From a virus (taxonomy: Duplodnaviria > Caudoviricetes), in the IMG/VR virus record IMGVR_UViG_3300032261_000051, positions 1 to 30,591 of that record: a DNA stretch of 30,591 nucleotides, one strand, 5' to 3'. Each line of letters begins with the position of its first letter. Within the stretch, counting starts at the first letter, position 1. Below the pieces are notes generated by a model, which worked only from the letters and a program-made list of their open reading frames with translations, made no database searches and was not told where the DNA came from. Of the stretch, positions 12,090 through 20,989 are shown in pieces. Both the position numbers and the translations under genes were made by a program.

Positions 12090-13765
12090 GGAACTTCGGC
12101 CCGCCGCCCATAGTGAGTCCTGGCTTCGCCGAAGGCGAAGCAGGCGAAGGAGACGGCCTGCGGAGTGGTGAGCTGCAGGCCGAGCTGCCCGTGCTCGACG
12201 TTGGCGTGTCGTCACCGGGCGGAGGAGAGGGGGGAGCGGTCCGGCTTCCCCCATCTCTTCTTGAGATGGTGAGCCTCGGCGCGACCGACAGCCTCTTCTT
12301 CTGCAAGACGTTCTTCCCCAAGACCTTCCGCCAGGACTTCGCCCCCCTCCATCGCAAGGTGTGGGATCTGCTAGATGACCCGAAGGCTCGCTTCCCGAAC
12401 ATTATCCTACCTCGGGACTTTGCTAAGACGACTACGCTCCGGGCGTATGCCGGAAAGCGAATTGCATATGGTATCAGCCGAACCGTCGTATACGTGGGGA
12501 AGTCTGAAAAGCATGCTAGGCGAAGCGTTCGATGGCTCCGGATGCAGATCGAGGTCAACAAGCCCCTTGTGGCCGCCTTCGGACTCGGGCCCGGGCGAAC
12601 GTGGACCGATGAGGAGATCGAGATCAAGCATGGCCCAGAAGGCCACAGCGTCTGGGTCATCGCCCTCGGTATCACGGGGTCCACACGCGGCATCAACATC
12701 GATGATTACCGCCCTGACCTTATCATCATCGACGATGTGGTCGATGGACAGAACAGTGCTACGAAGGAGCAGAGAGAGAAGATCGCGGACCTGGTTCTGG
12801 CTGACCTCAAAGACAGCTTGCAACCGGAGACGGAGGCCCCAGATGCTAAGATGGTCCTCCTTAATACGCCACAGGACTTCGAAGACATATCCCAGCGGGC
12901 GCTGAAGGATGAGCAATTCACGAGTGCCAGGTTCCCTTGCTGGACGCCCGAGACCCTTGGGCTCCCGCTGGAATTTCAAGAGTCCGCGTGGCCCGCCAGG
13001 TACCCGAGCGCCGCCCTGCGTCGGGACAAGAAGGGCGCCATCGCCCGGAACAAGCTCAGCCTCTGGATGAAGGAGAAGGAAGTTGAACTCATCAGTCCGG
13101 AGGACTGCGCCTTCAGGCACGATTGGCTCCAGTACTTCGGGATCGATGAGCAGGAGCCCGAGCCGCCCAAGGGCGGCCGCTGGGTCGAGATGGCAATTGA
13201 TCCGGTCCCGCCTCCAACGGAGCAGCAAATTGCTAAGGGTTTTGCGAAGAAGGACTATGAGGCCTTTGTCGTTGCTTGCCGCTGGGACGGGGCTTACTAC
13301 ATTCTGGAGACTATTGCGAACAGGGGCCATGAGCCGAACTGGACCGTGAACACGTTCTTCAGCCTGTGTCTGAAGTGGAACCCGAGGAAGATCATTGTTG
13401 AGACCGTGGCTTATCAGAAGACCCTCGAATGGCTTCTTCGCGAAGCAATGCGAACGAGGGGCCGCTACTGGGTCATCACCCCATTCGACGACAAGAGGAG
13501 AAAGCTCGACGTCATTGTCGACGGCCTTAGTGGCCCTGCCAGCAACGGGCAGCTGTACATCCGGCGGAACCAGTTCGAGCTCATCTCCCAGTTCCTCCAC
13601 TACCCGGGCAAGAACCCGGACGGGGACCACGACGATGTGCTCAACGCGGCGGCCATTGTGGTTGCCAGCCTCGAGAAGGGCCAAGTGAGCCAGGTGCTGG
13701 AGGACCAGTATAAGGAGCTCGAGGAGCGGATCCCGGTGCTCGACTACGAGCGGGGGGCCCCATGA
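12086..13765 (+). CDS. terL: Terminase large subunit
   Basis: Walker A PRDFAKTT, GITGSTRG, Walker B PDLIIIDD, RNase H-like AIDP and HDDVLNA. Start is probably GTG 12086 (GTGA overlap); the frame opens at 12014. Confidence 0.95.
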   Translation: MRNFGPPPIVSPGFAEGEAGEGDGLRSGELQAELPVLDVGVSSPGGGEGGAVRLPPSLLEMVSLGATDSLFFCKTFFPKTFRQDFAPLHRKVWDLLDDPKARFPNIILPRDFAKTTTLRAYAGKRIAYGISRTVVYVGKSEKHARRSVRWLRMQIEVNKPLVAAFGLGPGRTWTDEEIEIKHGPEGHSVWVIALGITGSTRGINIDDYRPDLIIIDDVVDGQNSATKEQREKIADLVLADLKDSLQPETEAPDAKMVLLNTPQDFEDISQRALKDEQFTSARFPCWTPETLGLPLEFQESAWPARYPSAALRRDKKGAIARNKLSLWMKEKEVELISPEDCAFRHDWLQYFGIDEQEPEPPKGGRWVEMAIDPVPPPTEQQIAKGFAKKDYEAFVVACRWDGAYYILETIANRGHEPNWTVNTFFSLCLKWNPRKIIVETVAYQKTLEWLLREAMRTRGRYWVITPFDDKRRKLDVIVDGLSGPASNGQLYIRRNQFELISQFLHYPGKNPDGDHDDVLNAAAIVVASLEKGQVSQVLEDQYKELEERIPVLDYERGAP

Positions 13766-15759
13766 CGACCGGCCTCACGCGGAACATCAGGTATGGCTCC
13801 GACCAGGAGCGGCGGATCCTCCAGGAGATCCGGGACCGCGTGCGCTTCTGGGAGCGCATTGTGGGCAAGAAATTCACCGAGTGGAGAGAGGCGGAGGAGA
13901 GGGTCCTAGCGGCCCTACCAACAGATGATGCAGATGCAATCCGACAGAGTGACCGAGAGGACGCCGGCCACCCGCAATATACCACCATGCAGATTCCGTA
14001 CTCCTACGCGGTCGTCATGGCGGCACATACTTACCTCACGTCGGTCTTCATGGGCCGGAATCCCGTGTTCCAGGTTGACGGGCGGCACGGGGAAGGTCAG
14101 CAGCAAGTCCAGGCCATGGAGGCCTTGCTGCAATACCAGATGCTTGTCGGCCAGATGGGCCCGATACTCTACACTTGGCTCTACGACTCGCTGAAGTACG
14201 GCTTCGGCGTGGTGGGAGCGTATTGGGAAGAGAGGCTCGAGAACATCACCCAGATCATGCCGGGCACCGATATGCTCGGGCAGCCCACACGGGACCACAC
14301 GCAGCAGACAATCCAGATCCGGAGGTACTCTGGCAACACCCTATACAACGTGCAACCACAGTTCTTCATCTGGGACGTCCGGTACCCGGTGAAGAACTTT
14401 CAGAAGGGGGAATTCTGTGGCAGACGAGTCAAGATTCCATGGAATGAAGTGGTCCGTAAGATCAGCGCTGGCCAGTACATGCAGCAGAATGTTGCTGCGA
14501 TTGGTCCCGGAAAGGGCGAGGACTACTCTATCACCGATATGGGTTCTCCTCTTCTTGATCGCCCCGAAGCTTACGCTCAGACTCAGCAGTGGAACGAAGT
14601 TCTGAATATCTTCAGAACGCATCCTATGATGGTCGACGCGTATGAGATGGTCATCGACATTATACCTCGAGAATGGGGAATTAGTCAGTCCGACTTCCCT
14701 GAGAAATGGGTCTTCACTTGTACGGCAAACTACGGGGTTCTATTTGGTGCGCAACCACTCGGGGCGTATCACTGCCAGTATCCATATATGGTATGCTCCA
14801 TGGACGCAGAGGCGTACGGGCTTGCCACCCGAGGTTACCCTGCGGTCCTTACAGATATACAGAATACCATTGACTGGTTGCTCAATTCTCATTTCTACAA
14901 CGTACGAGCGGCTTTGAATAATAAGGTCGTGGTCGACCCGAGCCGGGTCGTGATGAAGGACCTGCTGAGTCCGCTCCCCGGGGGTGTCATCCGACTCAAA
15001 CCCGAAGCATATGGCACGGATACCCGACTCCCCGTGAGTCAGCTGACCCTCGTCGACATCACCAGGGAGCACATGCAGGACCTGCCCGCGATGATCGGCA
15101 TCGGGGAGCGGACGGCCGGCGTCAATGATCAAATCATGGGCCTGTTGGCGACTGGTGGGCGTAAGACCGCCACGGAGGTCAGAACCAGTACGTCATTCGG
15201 CGTCAACAGGCTCAAGACCATCGCAGAGTACATGAGTAGTGCCAGCTGGGCTCCGCTGATTCAGATCCTGATTCAGAACTCGCAGCAGTATTATGACATG
15301 GAGATGAAGCTCAAGATCGCGGGCGATCTGGCCCCGGGCGCCGGGCAAGGCTTCGCCGTGGTGGACCCGAACATCATCGCCGGCTTCTACGACTTCATCC
15401 CAGTCGATGGGACCCTCCCGATCGATCGCTTCGCGCAGGCGCAGCTGTGGAAGGAGCTGCTGCAGGGGGTGATGGTGATGCCGCAAATTGCGGCCCAATA
15501 CGACCTCGCTGGCATTTTCCAGTGGGTCGCACAGCTGTCGGGCCTCAAGAACGTGACCCAGTTCAAAGTCCAGATCACGCCGGACCAGCAGTTCCAGCTC
15601 GCGATGCAGCAGGGGAACAGCGTGCCTCTGGTTGGAGGTCGGGGGCGCCGGAACGGCGCCGGCGCCGCGCCGCCGCCGATGCAGAGGGGATCTAACATGG
15701 GCATGGTCGGGCCGATGGCCCCGACGGGGCAGCAGGCACCCGGGCCCGTGATGCAATGA
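13762..15759 (+). CDS. Portal protein (podovirus type)
   Basis: 665 aa directly after TerL; DSLKYGFGV, ERTAGVND...TATEV motifs; low-complexity Q/P/M tail. Confidence 0.92.
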   Translation: MTTGLTRNIRYGSDQERRILQEIRDRVRFWERIVGKKFTEWREAEERVLAALPTDDADAIRQSDREDAGHPQYTTMQIPYSYAVVMAAHTYLTSVFMGRNPVFQVDGRHGEGQQQVQAMEALLQYQMLVGQMGPILYTWLYDSLKYGFGVVGAYWEERLENITQIMPGTDMLGQPTRDHTQQTIQIRRYSGNTLYNVQPQFFIWDVRYPVKNFQKGEFCGRRVKIPWNEVVRKISAGQYMQQNVAAIGPGKGEDYSITDMGSPLLDRPEAYAQTQQWNEVLNIFRTHPMMVDAYEMVIDIIPREWGISQSDFPEKWVFTCTANYGVLFGAQPLGAYHCQYPYMVCSMDAEAYGLATRGYPAVLTDIQNTIDWLLNSHFYNVRAALNNKVVVDPSRVVMKDLLSPLPGGVIRLKPEAYGTDTRLPVSQLTLVDITREHMQDLPAMIGIGERTAGVNDQIMGLLATGGRKTATEVRTSTSFGVNRLKTIAEYMSSASWAPLIQILIQNSQQYYDMEMKLKIAGDLAPGAGQGFAVVDPNIIAGFYDFIPVDGTLPIDRFAQAQLWKELLQGVMVMPQIAAQYDLAGIFQWVAQLSGLKNVTQFKVQITPDQQFQLAMQQGNSVPLVGGRGRRNGAGAAPPPMQRGSNMGMVGPMAPTGQQAPGPVMQ

Positions 15760-16127
15760 ACAAGGTGGAGCGGATACAGGATGCGAGGTCCGAGCAGCGC
15801 ACAGAGGCCATTAAGCAGAGAGATGCGATGCGGGGGTTGACAGAGTCGCCGGGCTGGCAGATGGTTGTCGCGTTCTTGCGCGAACAGGTTCGGGCTCGAG
15901 AGGGGCAGCTCTTCCTGGTGGCTGGGTGCGAAAATGTGGACTTCATTCGAGGTGAGACTGGGATGGCCCTGCTCGTGGAGAAGTACCCCGAGTCCGTCAT
16001 CCAGGCGGCAGACAGTGCGCTCAGCGCACTAGACATGGAGCTTGAGAATGCCAGCGGCACCAAACGGACGCGCAGCGCCGACCCAGACGCCGACGACACC
16101 AGCGGGTGGACGGCAGACGATGACTGA
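15756..16127 (+). CDS. Small helical head-module protein
   Basis: ATGA coupling; LTESPGWQ motif; between portal and scaffold. Confidence 0.8.
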   Translation: MNKVERIQDARSEQRTEAIKQRDAMRGLTESPGWQMVVAFLREQVRAREGQLFLVAGCENVDFIRGETGMALLVEKYPESVIQAADSALSALDMELENASGTKRTRSADPDADDTSGWTADDD

Positions 16128-17124
16128 GACGGGTCGGCCGCCGATCCCCCGGGACGAGTTGCCGGCGGGAAGCGGGACGATCGACGAGGGCGACCCGCAG
16201 GACGAGATCCAAGAGACGCTTGAAGCTTTTCGCCAGCTGAGCGGAGAGGCCGAGGCCGAAGGCCAGGCTCCGCCGCCGGCGACAGAAGATCCGGGGCAGG
16301 ACGAGTTTGTCCCGGCTCCAGGGGATGAAGGCTTTGCCGACCCCCTGCGAGAGCCTACGCCGGAACCGCCACCTGTCGAGGCACGCGAGGCGCCGCAGCC
16401 CGTCCCTCCGCAGGAGGCACCAGTTCCCACGGAGGCTCAACCGGCGGTGCCAACGGCACCACCACAGCCTGGTGCGCCCGCGCAGCAAGAGCCGGATCCG
16501 TATCAGACTTTCCATAGTCTCTCGCAGCAGCTAGACGAGAACCTTGGAGCGTTTCAGAGTGCTCTGGCTGATCGGGTGTACACCATCAGTGATAAGGATC
16601 TGGATGATCTCCAGACCGATCCCAAGCGGGTGTACGCGCAGATGATGGCTCGAGTTCACATCAACGCTGTGAGTAGTGTGATGCGGACCGTGGCCCAACA
16701 GATGCCGGTGGTGGTGTCTGGAATGCTGAGGGCGCACTCTGCCAACACGGAGGCCGAAGGCCGCTTCTGGCAGCAGTACCCGCAGCTGAACAAGACGGAT
16801 CCGAATGTCCGGCAGCTTGTTGGTCGAATCGCACGGACTGTGAGAGCCATGAATCCGCAGATGGCGGAGACTGACATGGTGAGGATGACAGGGGCGCAAG
16901 CCATTGTCATGCTGGGGTTGCAGGGGGCGCCGACGGCTGCTCCGCGTGCGGCTCCGCCTCCCCAGATGCCGGGGAGGCAGGTCCGAACGACCCCGGCGGC
17001 GTACCAGCCGGCGGCCGCGAAGGCCCAAGGTGGGACGCCTCAGCGGAGTTCTCGCAATCAGTGGGATGTAATGGCACAGCTCATGCAGTATGACAACCAA
17101 GGGGTCTTTGATCCCAACGGCTAG
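16120..17124 (+). CDS. Capsid scaffolding protein
   Basis: Acidic Pro-rich N-terminus, helical core, directly before the major capsid gene. Likely start is ATG 16120. Confidence 0.8.
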   Translation: MTETGRPPIPRDELPAGSGTIDEGDPQDEIQETLEAFRQLSGEAEAEGQAPPPATEDPGQDEFVPAPGDEGFADPLREPTPEPPPVEAREAPQPVPPQEAPVPTEAQPAVPTAPPQPGAPAQQEPDPYQTFHSLSQQLDENLGAFQSALADRVYTISDKDLDDLQTDPKRVYAQMMARVHINAVSSVMRTVAQQMPVVVSGMLRAHSANTEAEGRFWQQYPQLNKTDPNVRQLVGRIARTVRAMNPQMAETDMVRMTGAQAIVMLGLQGAPTAAPRAAPPPQMPGRQVRTTPAAYQPAAAKAQGGTPQRSSRNQWDVMAQLMQYDNQGVFDPNG

Positions 17125-17138
17125 TAGGAGATGTCTCG

Positions 17139-18371
17139 ATGGCTGCGGTAGCAGGTCTGAGAGGAACCGGAGACTTCGGGGCAAATGAACGCCCGAAGAA
17201 CTTCCGGGAGATGATCCTCTTTTTGAATCCAAACGGCTCGGCTCCCCTCTTTGCGCTCACGAGTAAGGTCCGGAAGCGGACCGTGTCTGACGCGGAGTAC
17301 AACTGGTGGGATGAGCCGAACGATCTTGTCCGCCTGACGGTGAATGGGACGTTCCTGGCTGCGGCCACGGACATCATTGTGAACAGCGTGGATCCGACCT
17401 CGACCACCCTCGACTCCGGGTGGGGCGTGGCCTCGCATCTCAAGCCCGGGGACATGCTACTGGTGGAGCCCACCACGGACAACGCGACGTTCAACCAGGA
17501 GGTGATCCAGGTTCAGAACGTGATCTCCGACACGGAGTTCACCGCCTCACGCGGGGCTCAGGGCACGACGCCCGCGACGATCAACAGTGGGCAGAGCCTG
17601 CTGCTGATCGCGTCGGCCTACGCCGAAGGCACGGCCGCGCCGAAGGCGGTCAGCCGCAACCCGATCATGTTCACGAACAAGACCCAGATCTTCAAGGACA
17701 CCTACGAGCTCAGCGGCACGGCTGAGATGACCTTCTTCCGGACCGGGGACCCCTGGAGCAATGACAAGAAGAGGAAGATGTTCGACCACTCGAGGGCGAT
17801 TGAGTGGTCCATGCTGTTCGGCCGGGTCAGCGAGATCACGGGCAGCAACGGCAAGCCCATGCGGACGATGAACGGGATTCGGGCGCAGCTGCCCACGACC
17901 CGGCAGGTCGTCTTCAGCTCGAGTGTGACGTGGAACCAGCTGCTGGACAACCTGTTCCCCGTGTTCAACTTCGACACCCCGGCGGGAGACGAGCGAATCG
18001 CCTTCGTCGGGAACGGGGCGCTCAACGCGCTGAACAAGATCATCGCGGCTGACGCGAACAGCCAGATCTTCTATGGGGGGCCGGTTGAGGTCTACGGAAT
18101 GAACTTCCGTGAGATGGTGCTCCCTCAGGGCCGAATTCTCCTCCGGTCCCATCCTCTGCTCAACCGGCACCCCCTCTACACTAATAGCATGTGGGTGCTG
18201 GACTTCGCCTCGATCACGTACGTCACGCTCAAGGGCCGGGACACGCGGACCAAGGATGACGTGCAGCTCAAGGATGAGGACCTCCGCCGGGGCTTCATCC
18301 AGACGGAGTGCTCAATTGAGCTGGACCGGGGCGGCCTCACCTGTCAGTACCTTGGAGGTATCCAGCCATGA
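17139..18371 (+). CDS. Major capsid protein (HK97 fold, SU10/DUF5309-like)
   Basis: AGGAG SD; 410 aa; PLFALT, YNWWDE, NKTQIFKD, IEWSMLFG, RTMNGI motifs; strongly biased codons. Confidence 0.92.
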   Translation: MAAVAGLRGTGDFGANERPKNFREMILFLNPNGSAPLFALTSKVRKRTVSDAEYNWWDEPNDLVRLTVNGTFLAAATDIIVNSVDPTSTTLDSGWGVASHLKPGDMLLVEPTTDNATFNQEVIQVQNVISDTEFTASRGAQGTTPATINSGQSLLLIASAYAEGTAAPKAVSRNPIMFTNKTQIFKDTYELSGTAEMTFFRTGDPWSNDKKRKMFDHSRAIEWSMLFGRVSEITGSNGKPMRTMNGIRAQLPTTRQVVFSSSVTWNQLLDNLFPVFNFDTPAGDERIAFVGNGALNALNKIIAADANSQIFYGGPVEVYGMNFREMVLPQGRILLRSHPLLNRHPLYTNSMWVLDFASITYVTLKGRDTRTKDDVQLKDEDLRRGFIQTECSIELDRGGLTCQYLGGIQP

Positions 18372-18733
18372 CGCGGCCAACCCTTGAGAATCCGGATGTA
18401 TATGATCCCACGATCTGGCGCGGGATGAAAGGTGGAATTGCGTTCGAGCCCGATGCGGCGCTGACGCTGACCACGAGCCATCCCATGATCATCTCGATGG
18501 TGCCCACGGCAGGGCGCATTGTGAAGCTGCCGCTGGAGACCGCGAGCGCGGGGCTGATGTTCATCATCATCAACAACGCCGCAGGTGCGTTCGCCATCAC
18601 GCTGCAGACGAGCGTGGGTGGCGCGCTGCCCTTCGGAGCTGGCGCCATCGCGCAGAACCAGATGGGGCTGTGCGTGTGTGATGGTGTGCAGTGGCGGGCG
18701 ATCGTGGCGGCCGCGACGCAGACGAGCCCATGA
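18368..18733 (+). CDS. Putative capsid decoration protein
   Basis: GGAGG SD, ATGA-coupled to the capsid gene and co-terminated with it; beta-rich. Confidence 0.7.
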   Translation: MTRPTLENPDVYDPTIWRGMKGGIAFEPDAALTLTTSHPMIISMVPTAGRIVKLPLETASAGLMFIIINNAAGAFAITLQTSVGGALPFGAGAIAQNQMGLCVCDGVQWRAIVAAATQTSP

Positions 18734-18741
18734 GGATGGTT

Positions 18742-18777
18742 GGGGGAGGTGCCTGCGCGGGCATCTCTCCCCCTTTT
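18742..18777 (+). terminator. Rho-independent terminator after the capsid and decoration genes
   Basis: GGGGGAG-GTGCCT-GCGC-GGGCAT-CT-CTCCCCC followed by TTTT. Confidence 0.7.
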
Positions 18778-18792
18778 CACCGGAGGTGAGAA

Positions 18793-19197
18793 GTGGCCCA
18801 GCAACGCTACCTCCAAACGCTCCTTGCGTCCGGCATCTTGGGCTCAGGAGCCGGCCGCACCTTCACCCTGTCGAACTCGGGCCCGGCGCTCCTGAACGTG
18901 GTGAGGGTGAACCTCACAACGACGGCCACCGCTGGGAACCGGCTGCTGAAGCTCCGAGTGCTCGACTCGGCCAACAACGTCCTGTACGAGTTCATTGATG
19001 GTAACGCAGTTGCTGCTGGTGGCGGCGCTGGGATCAACTGGGCCGCAGGCGTAGCTCCGGCGATCTCCGGCATCACACACGCGGTGCCTCTGCCGGCGAA
19101 CTTCATGATCCCGGTGGGAGCTCAGATCAACATCTTCGACTCCGCGGGTGTCGATGTGAACGATACCATCACGGCTCAGGTCTCAATGGCACTCTGA
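18793..19197 (+). CDS. Beta-rich putative virion protein
   Basis: GGAGGTG SD before GTG; coupled stop. Confidence 0.8.
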   Translation: MAQQRYLQTLLASGILGSGAGRTFTLSNSGPALLNVVRVNLTTTATAGNRLLKLRVLDSANNVLYEFIDGNAVAAGGGAGINWAAGVAPAISGITHAVPLPANFMIPVGAQINIFDSAGVDVNDTITAQVSMAL

Positions 19198-19478
19198 TGG
19201 CAACGACCCTTCTCATCGGCGGAGGCCCCATGGACTCGAAGCCCACGGCCCGCATTGAGTTCAAAGACGCGAACGATGTCGACGACATCGACCTCGACGA
19301 CGAAGTGACGCTGATGGTGAAGGGCAAGGTGAAGGCGCTGCGGGGCCCCGAGCGGTCCCGAATGGGGAAGAAAGAGACCTTCGAGATGCCGGGCTGCATG
19401 GAGCTCGAGAACTGCAAGTTTAAGGTCGTCGAGGCCGGTGAGTGGTCCAAGGCGACTGAAGCGATGGAGGAAGACTGA
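19197..19478 (+). CDS. Small acidic hypothetical protein
   Basis: TGATG coupling at both ends. Confidence 0.8.
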   Translation: MATTLLIGGGPMDSKPTARIEFKDANDVDDIDLDDEVTLMVKGKVKALRGPERSRMGKKETFEMPGCMELENCKFKVVEAGEWSKATEAMEED

Positions 19479-19849
19479 TGGCTCCGACTCAATTCTGGAA
19501 GAAAGACCACGGAGTGGGCCACATCGGGACGCTCGCGAGCGCGGGGGCGAACCAGGCCACGGCCGCTGTGATCCCGCCCCCAACGTCGATCGGTCTGGCC
19601 CGCGGACATGATGCGCTGTGCGAGGTGACGGGCAGCGCCTTCGTCAATTTGCCGCCGGGGACCTCGGTCCAGGTGGGCGACCTCGTTATCTGCTACACGA
19701 AAACGGGCGTGACGCCGACCATCAACAGCGCCGTGGGCGATACGCTGCTGGGAGGCGCAGTGGCGTACGGTGCGGGGCCCGTCTCCCACACGTTTCGGGC
19801 GATCGAGGTGACGGCTGCTGGCGTAGCCACTTGGATCTTGGAGAAGTGA
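19478..19849 (+). CDS. Beta-rich putative virion protein
   Basis: GGAGG SD; VNLP...GD.V motif shared with 18368-18733 and the fibre. Confidence 0.8.
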   Translation: MAPTQFWKKDHGVGHIGTLASAGANQATAAVIPPPTSIGLARGHDALCEVTGSAFVNLPPGTSVQVGDLVICYTKTGVTPTINSAVGDTLLGGAVAYGAGPVSHTFRAIEVTAAGVATWILEK

Positions 19850-19852
19850 TGG

Positions 19853-20278
19853 TTGAGCGCGCTCGTCCCGTTCAACAGCTTCGTGTACGACATGGCGAAT
19901 GGCGCGAATGCGCCAGGGTTGCACACGATCAAGCTTGCGTTGACAAACACGGCGCCGGATGTGACGTGGACGCGGTTCAGTCAGGTCCCCGAGATCCCGG
20001 CGGGCAACGGGTATCCGGCGGGCGGGCTGCCACTGACAGTCACAAGCAACGCGCAGGTGGGAGGCTTCTGGAGCCTGTTCGTCGCGAACGCGGTCCTCGT
20101 GGCCTCGGGCGGAGTCATCCCGGTGTGGAGGTGGGCCGTGGTCTACGACACTAGCGTGGGAAGCCTGATCGGCTTCTCCGACTATGGAATCGCTGTGGGC
20201 CTTAGCCCGTCGGAGCTGGTGAACTTCGTGTTCGACCAAGTGAACGGGCTCATCACAGGAGTGGCGACCAGTGGCTAA
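19853..20278 (+). CDS. Conserved phage structural-module protein (IKLALT...GNGY.AGG)
   Basis: FNSFV, KLALTN, GNGYPAGG, ASGG, LIGF.DYG motifs recalled from many phage virion modules; TTG start with GGAG SD. Confidence 0.8.
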   Translation: MSALVPFNSFVYDMANGANAPGLHTIKLALTNTAPDVTWTRFSQVPEIPAGNGYPAGGLPLTVTSNAQVGGFWSLFVANAVLVASGGVIPVWRWAVVYDTSVGSLIGFSDYGIAVGLSPSELVNFVFDQVNGLITGVATSG

Positions 20279-20735
20279 GTATGCGATAGCGCAAGAGGCG
20301 AACCAGCAGAACCTGGCTGCGACCTTCAAGACGCAGGCTGCGGTCCTCGCGGGGGCAACGGCCCGGCGGGGGAAGCTCTACGAGTTCATGGTGGGCGTGA
20401 ATGGGAGCCCGCCGGCCGACAACGAGCTCGAGATCGACACCATCCGCATGACGGTGGATGGCACGGGCACCGCGTTTACGCCGAACCCGCTGGACCCTGC
20501 GGACGCGGCCGCGCTGGCCACGGGGAAGGTGGGCTACACGGTTGAGCCCACCACGACGGCTAACACGTTTCTGGTGTACTTTGCGATGAACCAGAGGGCC
20601 ACGGTCCGGTGGCTCGCGGCGCCTGGTTCCGAGCTGATCTACCCGGCCACGACGGCGAGTGGACTCTGCCTCCGGGCGAAAGCCGCTGCATACGCGAGCA
20701 CGATGTCGGCGAACATCCTATTTGAGGAACAATGA
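20271..20735 (+). CDS. Beta-sandwich putative virion protein
   Basis: AGGAG SD; TP.PLDP.D, EPT, RW.A.PG.E and terminal FEE motifs. Confidence 0.8.
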   Translation: MAKYAIAQEANQQNLAATFKTQAAVLAGATARRGKLYEFMVGVNGSPPADNELEIDTIRMTVDGTGTAFTPNPLDPADAAALATGKVGYTVEPTTTANTFLVYFAMNQRATVRWLAAPGSELIYPATTASGLCLRAKAAAYASTMSANILFEEQ

Positions 20736-20989
20736 GAAATCCCGGCGGCGTCTTCATTTCGAGTGGCCCGGCGGGCGACCACGAAGTGGACACCTTCACG
20801 TGCGCACATTGTCAGCGGGTCACGCAGGTTCGGCCGAAGGAGAGGCCCGAGGACCTCGGCGGGTTCTGCACGTGCTGCGCGAAGCTGGTGTGCGCCAGCT
20901 GCCACGCCGCAGGGGTTTGCAGACCCATAGAGAAGTGGCTCGAGCAACAAGAGGCGAAGGCGGACCGGCGGCGCGAATATGGGCTCTAG
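20732..20989 (+). CDS. Small Cys-rich zinc-binding protein
   Basis: CAHC, CTCC, CASC and a further Cys; GAGGA SD; ATGA coupling. Confidence 0.85.
   Translation: MRNPGGVFISSGPAGDHEVDTFTCAHCQRVTQVRPKERPEDLGGFCTCCAKLVCASCHAAGVCRPIEKWLEQQEAKADRRREYGL

Noticed and set aside
12410-12435. Terminase Walker A reading AKT rather than GKT
   Set aside because: PRxxAKT/S is a common variant in phage terminases, so it is not evidence of inactivation.
12407-13684. Long minus-strand ORFs opposite structural genes (also 23333-25150, 25141-26331, 29402-30577)
   Set aside because: Antisense shadows of well-supported genes, with no recognisable motifs.
18340-18371. Programmed -1 frameshift fusing the capsid protein to the next gene
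   Set aside because: No slippery heptamer near the stop, and the next gene has its own GGAGG SD and ATG.
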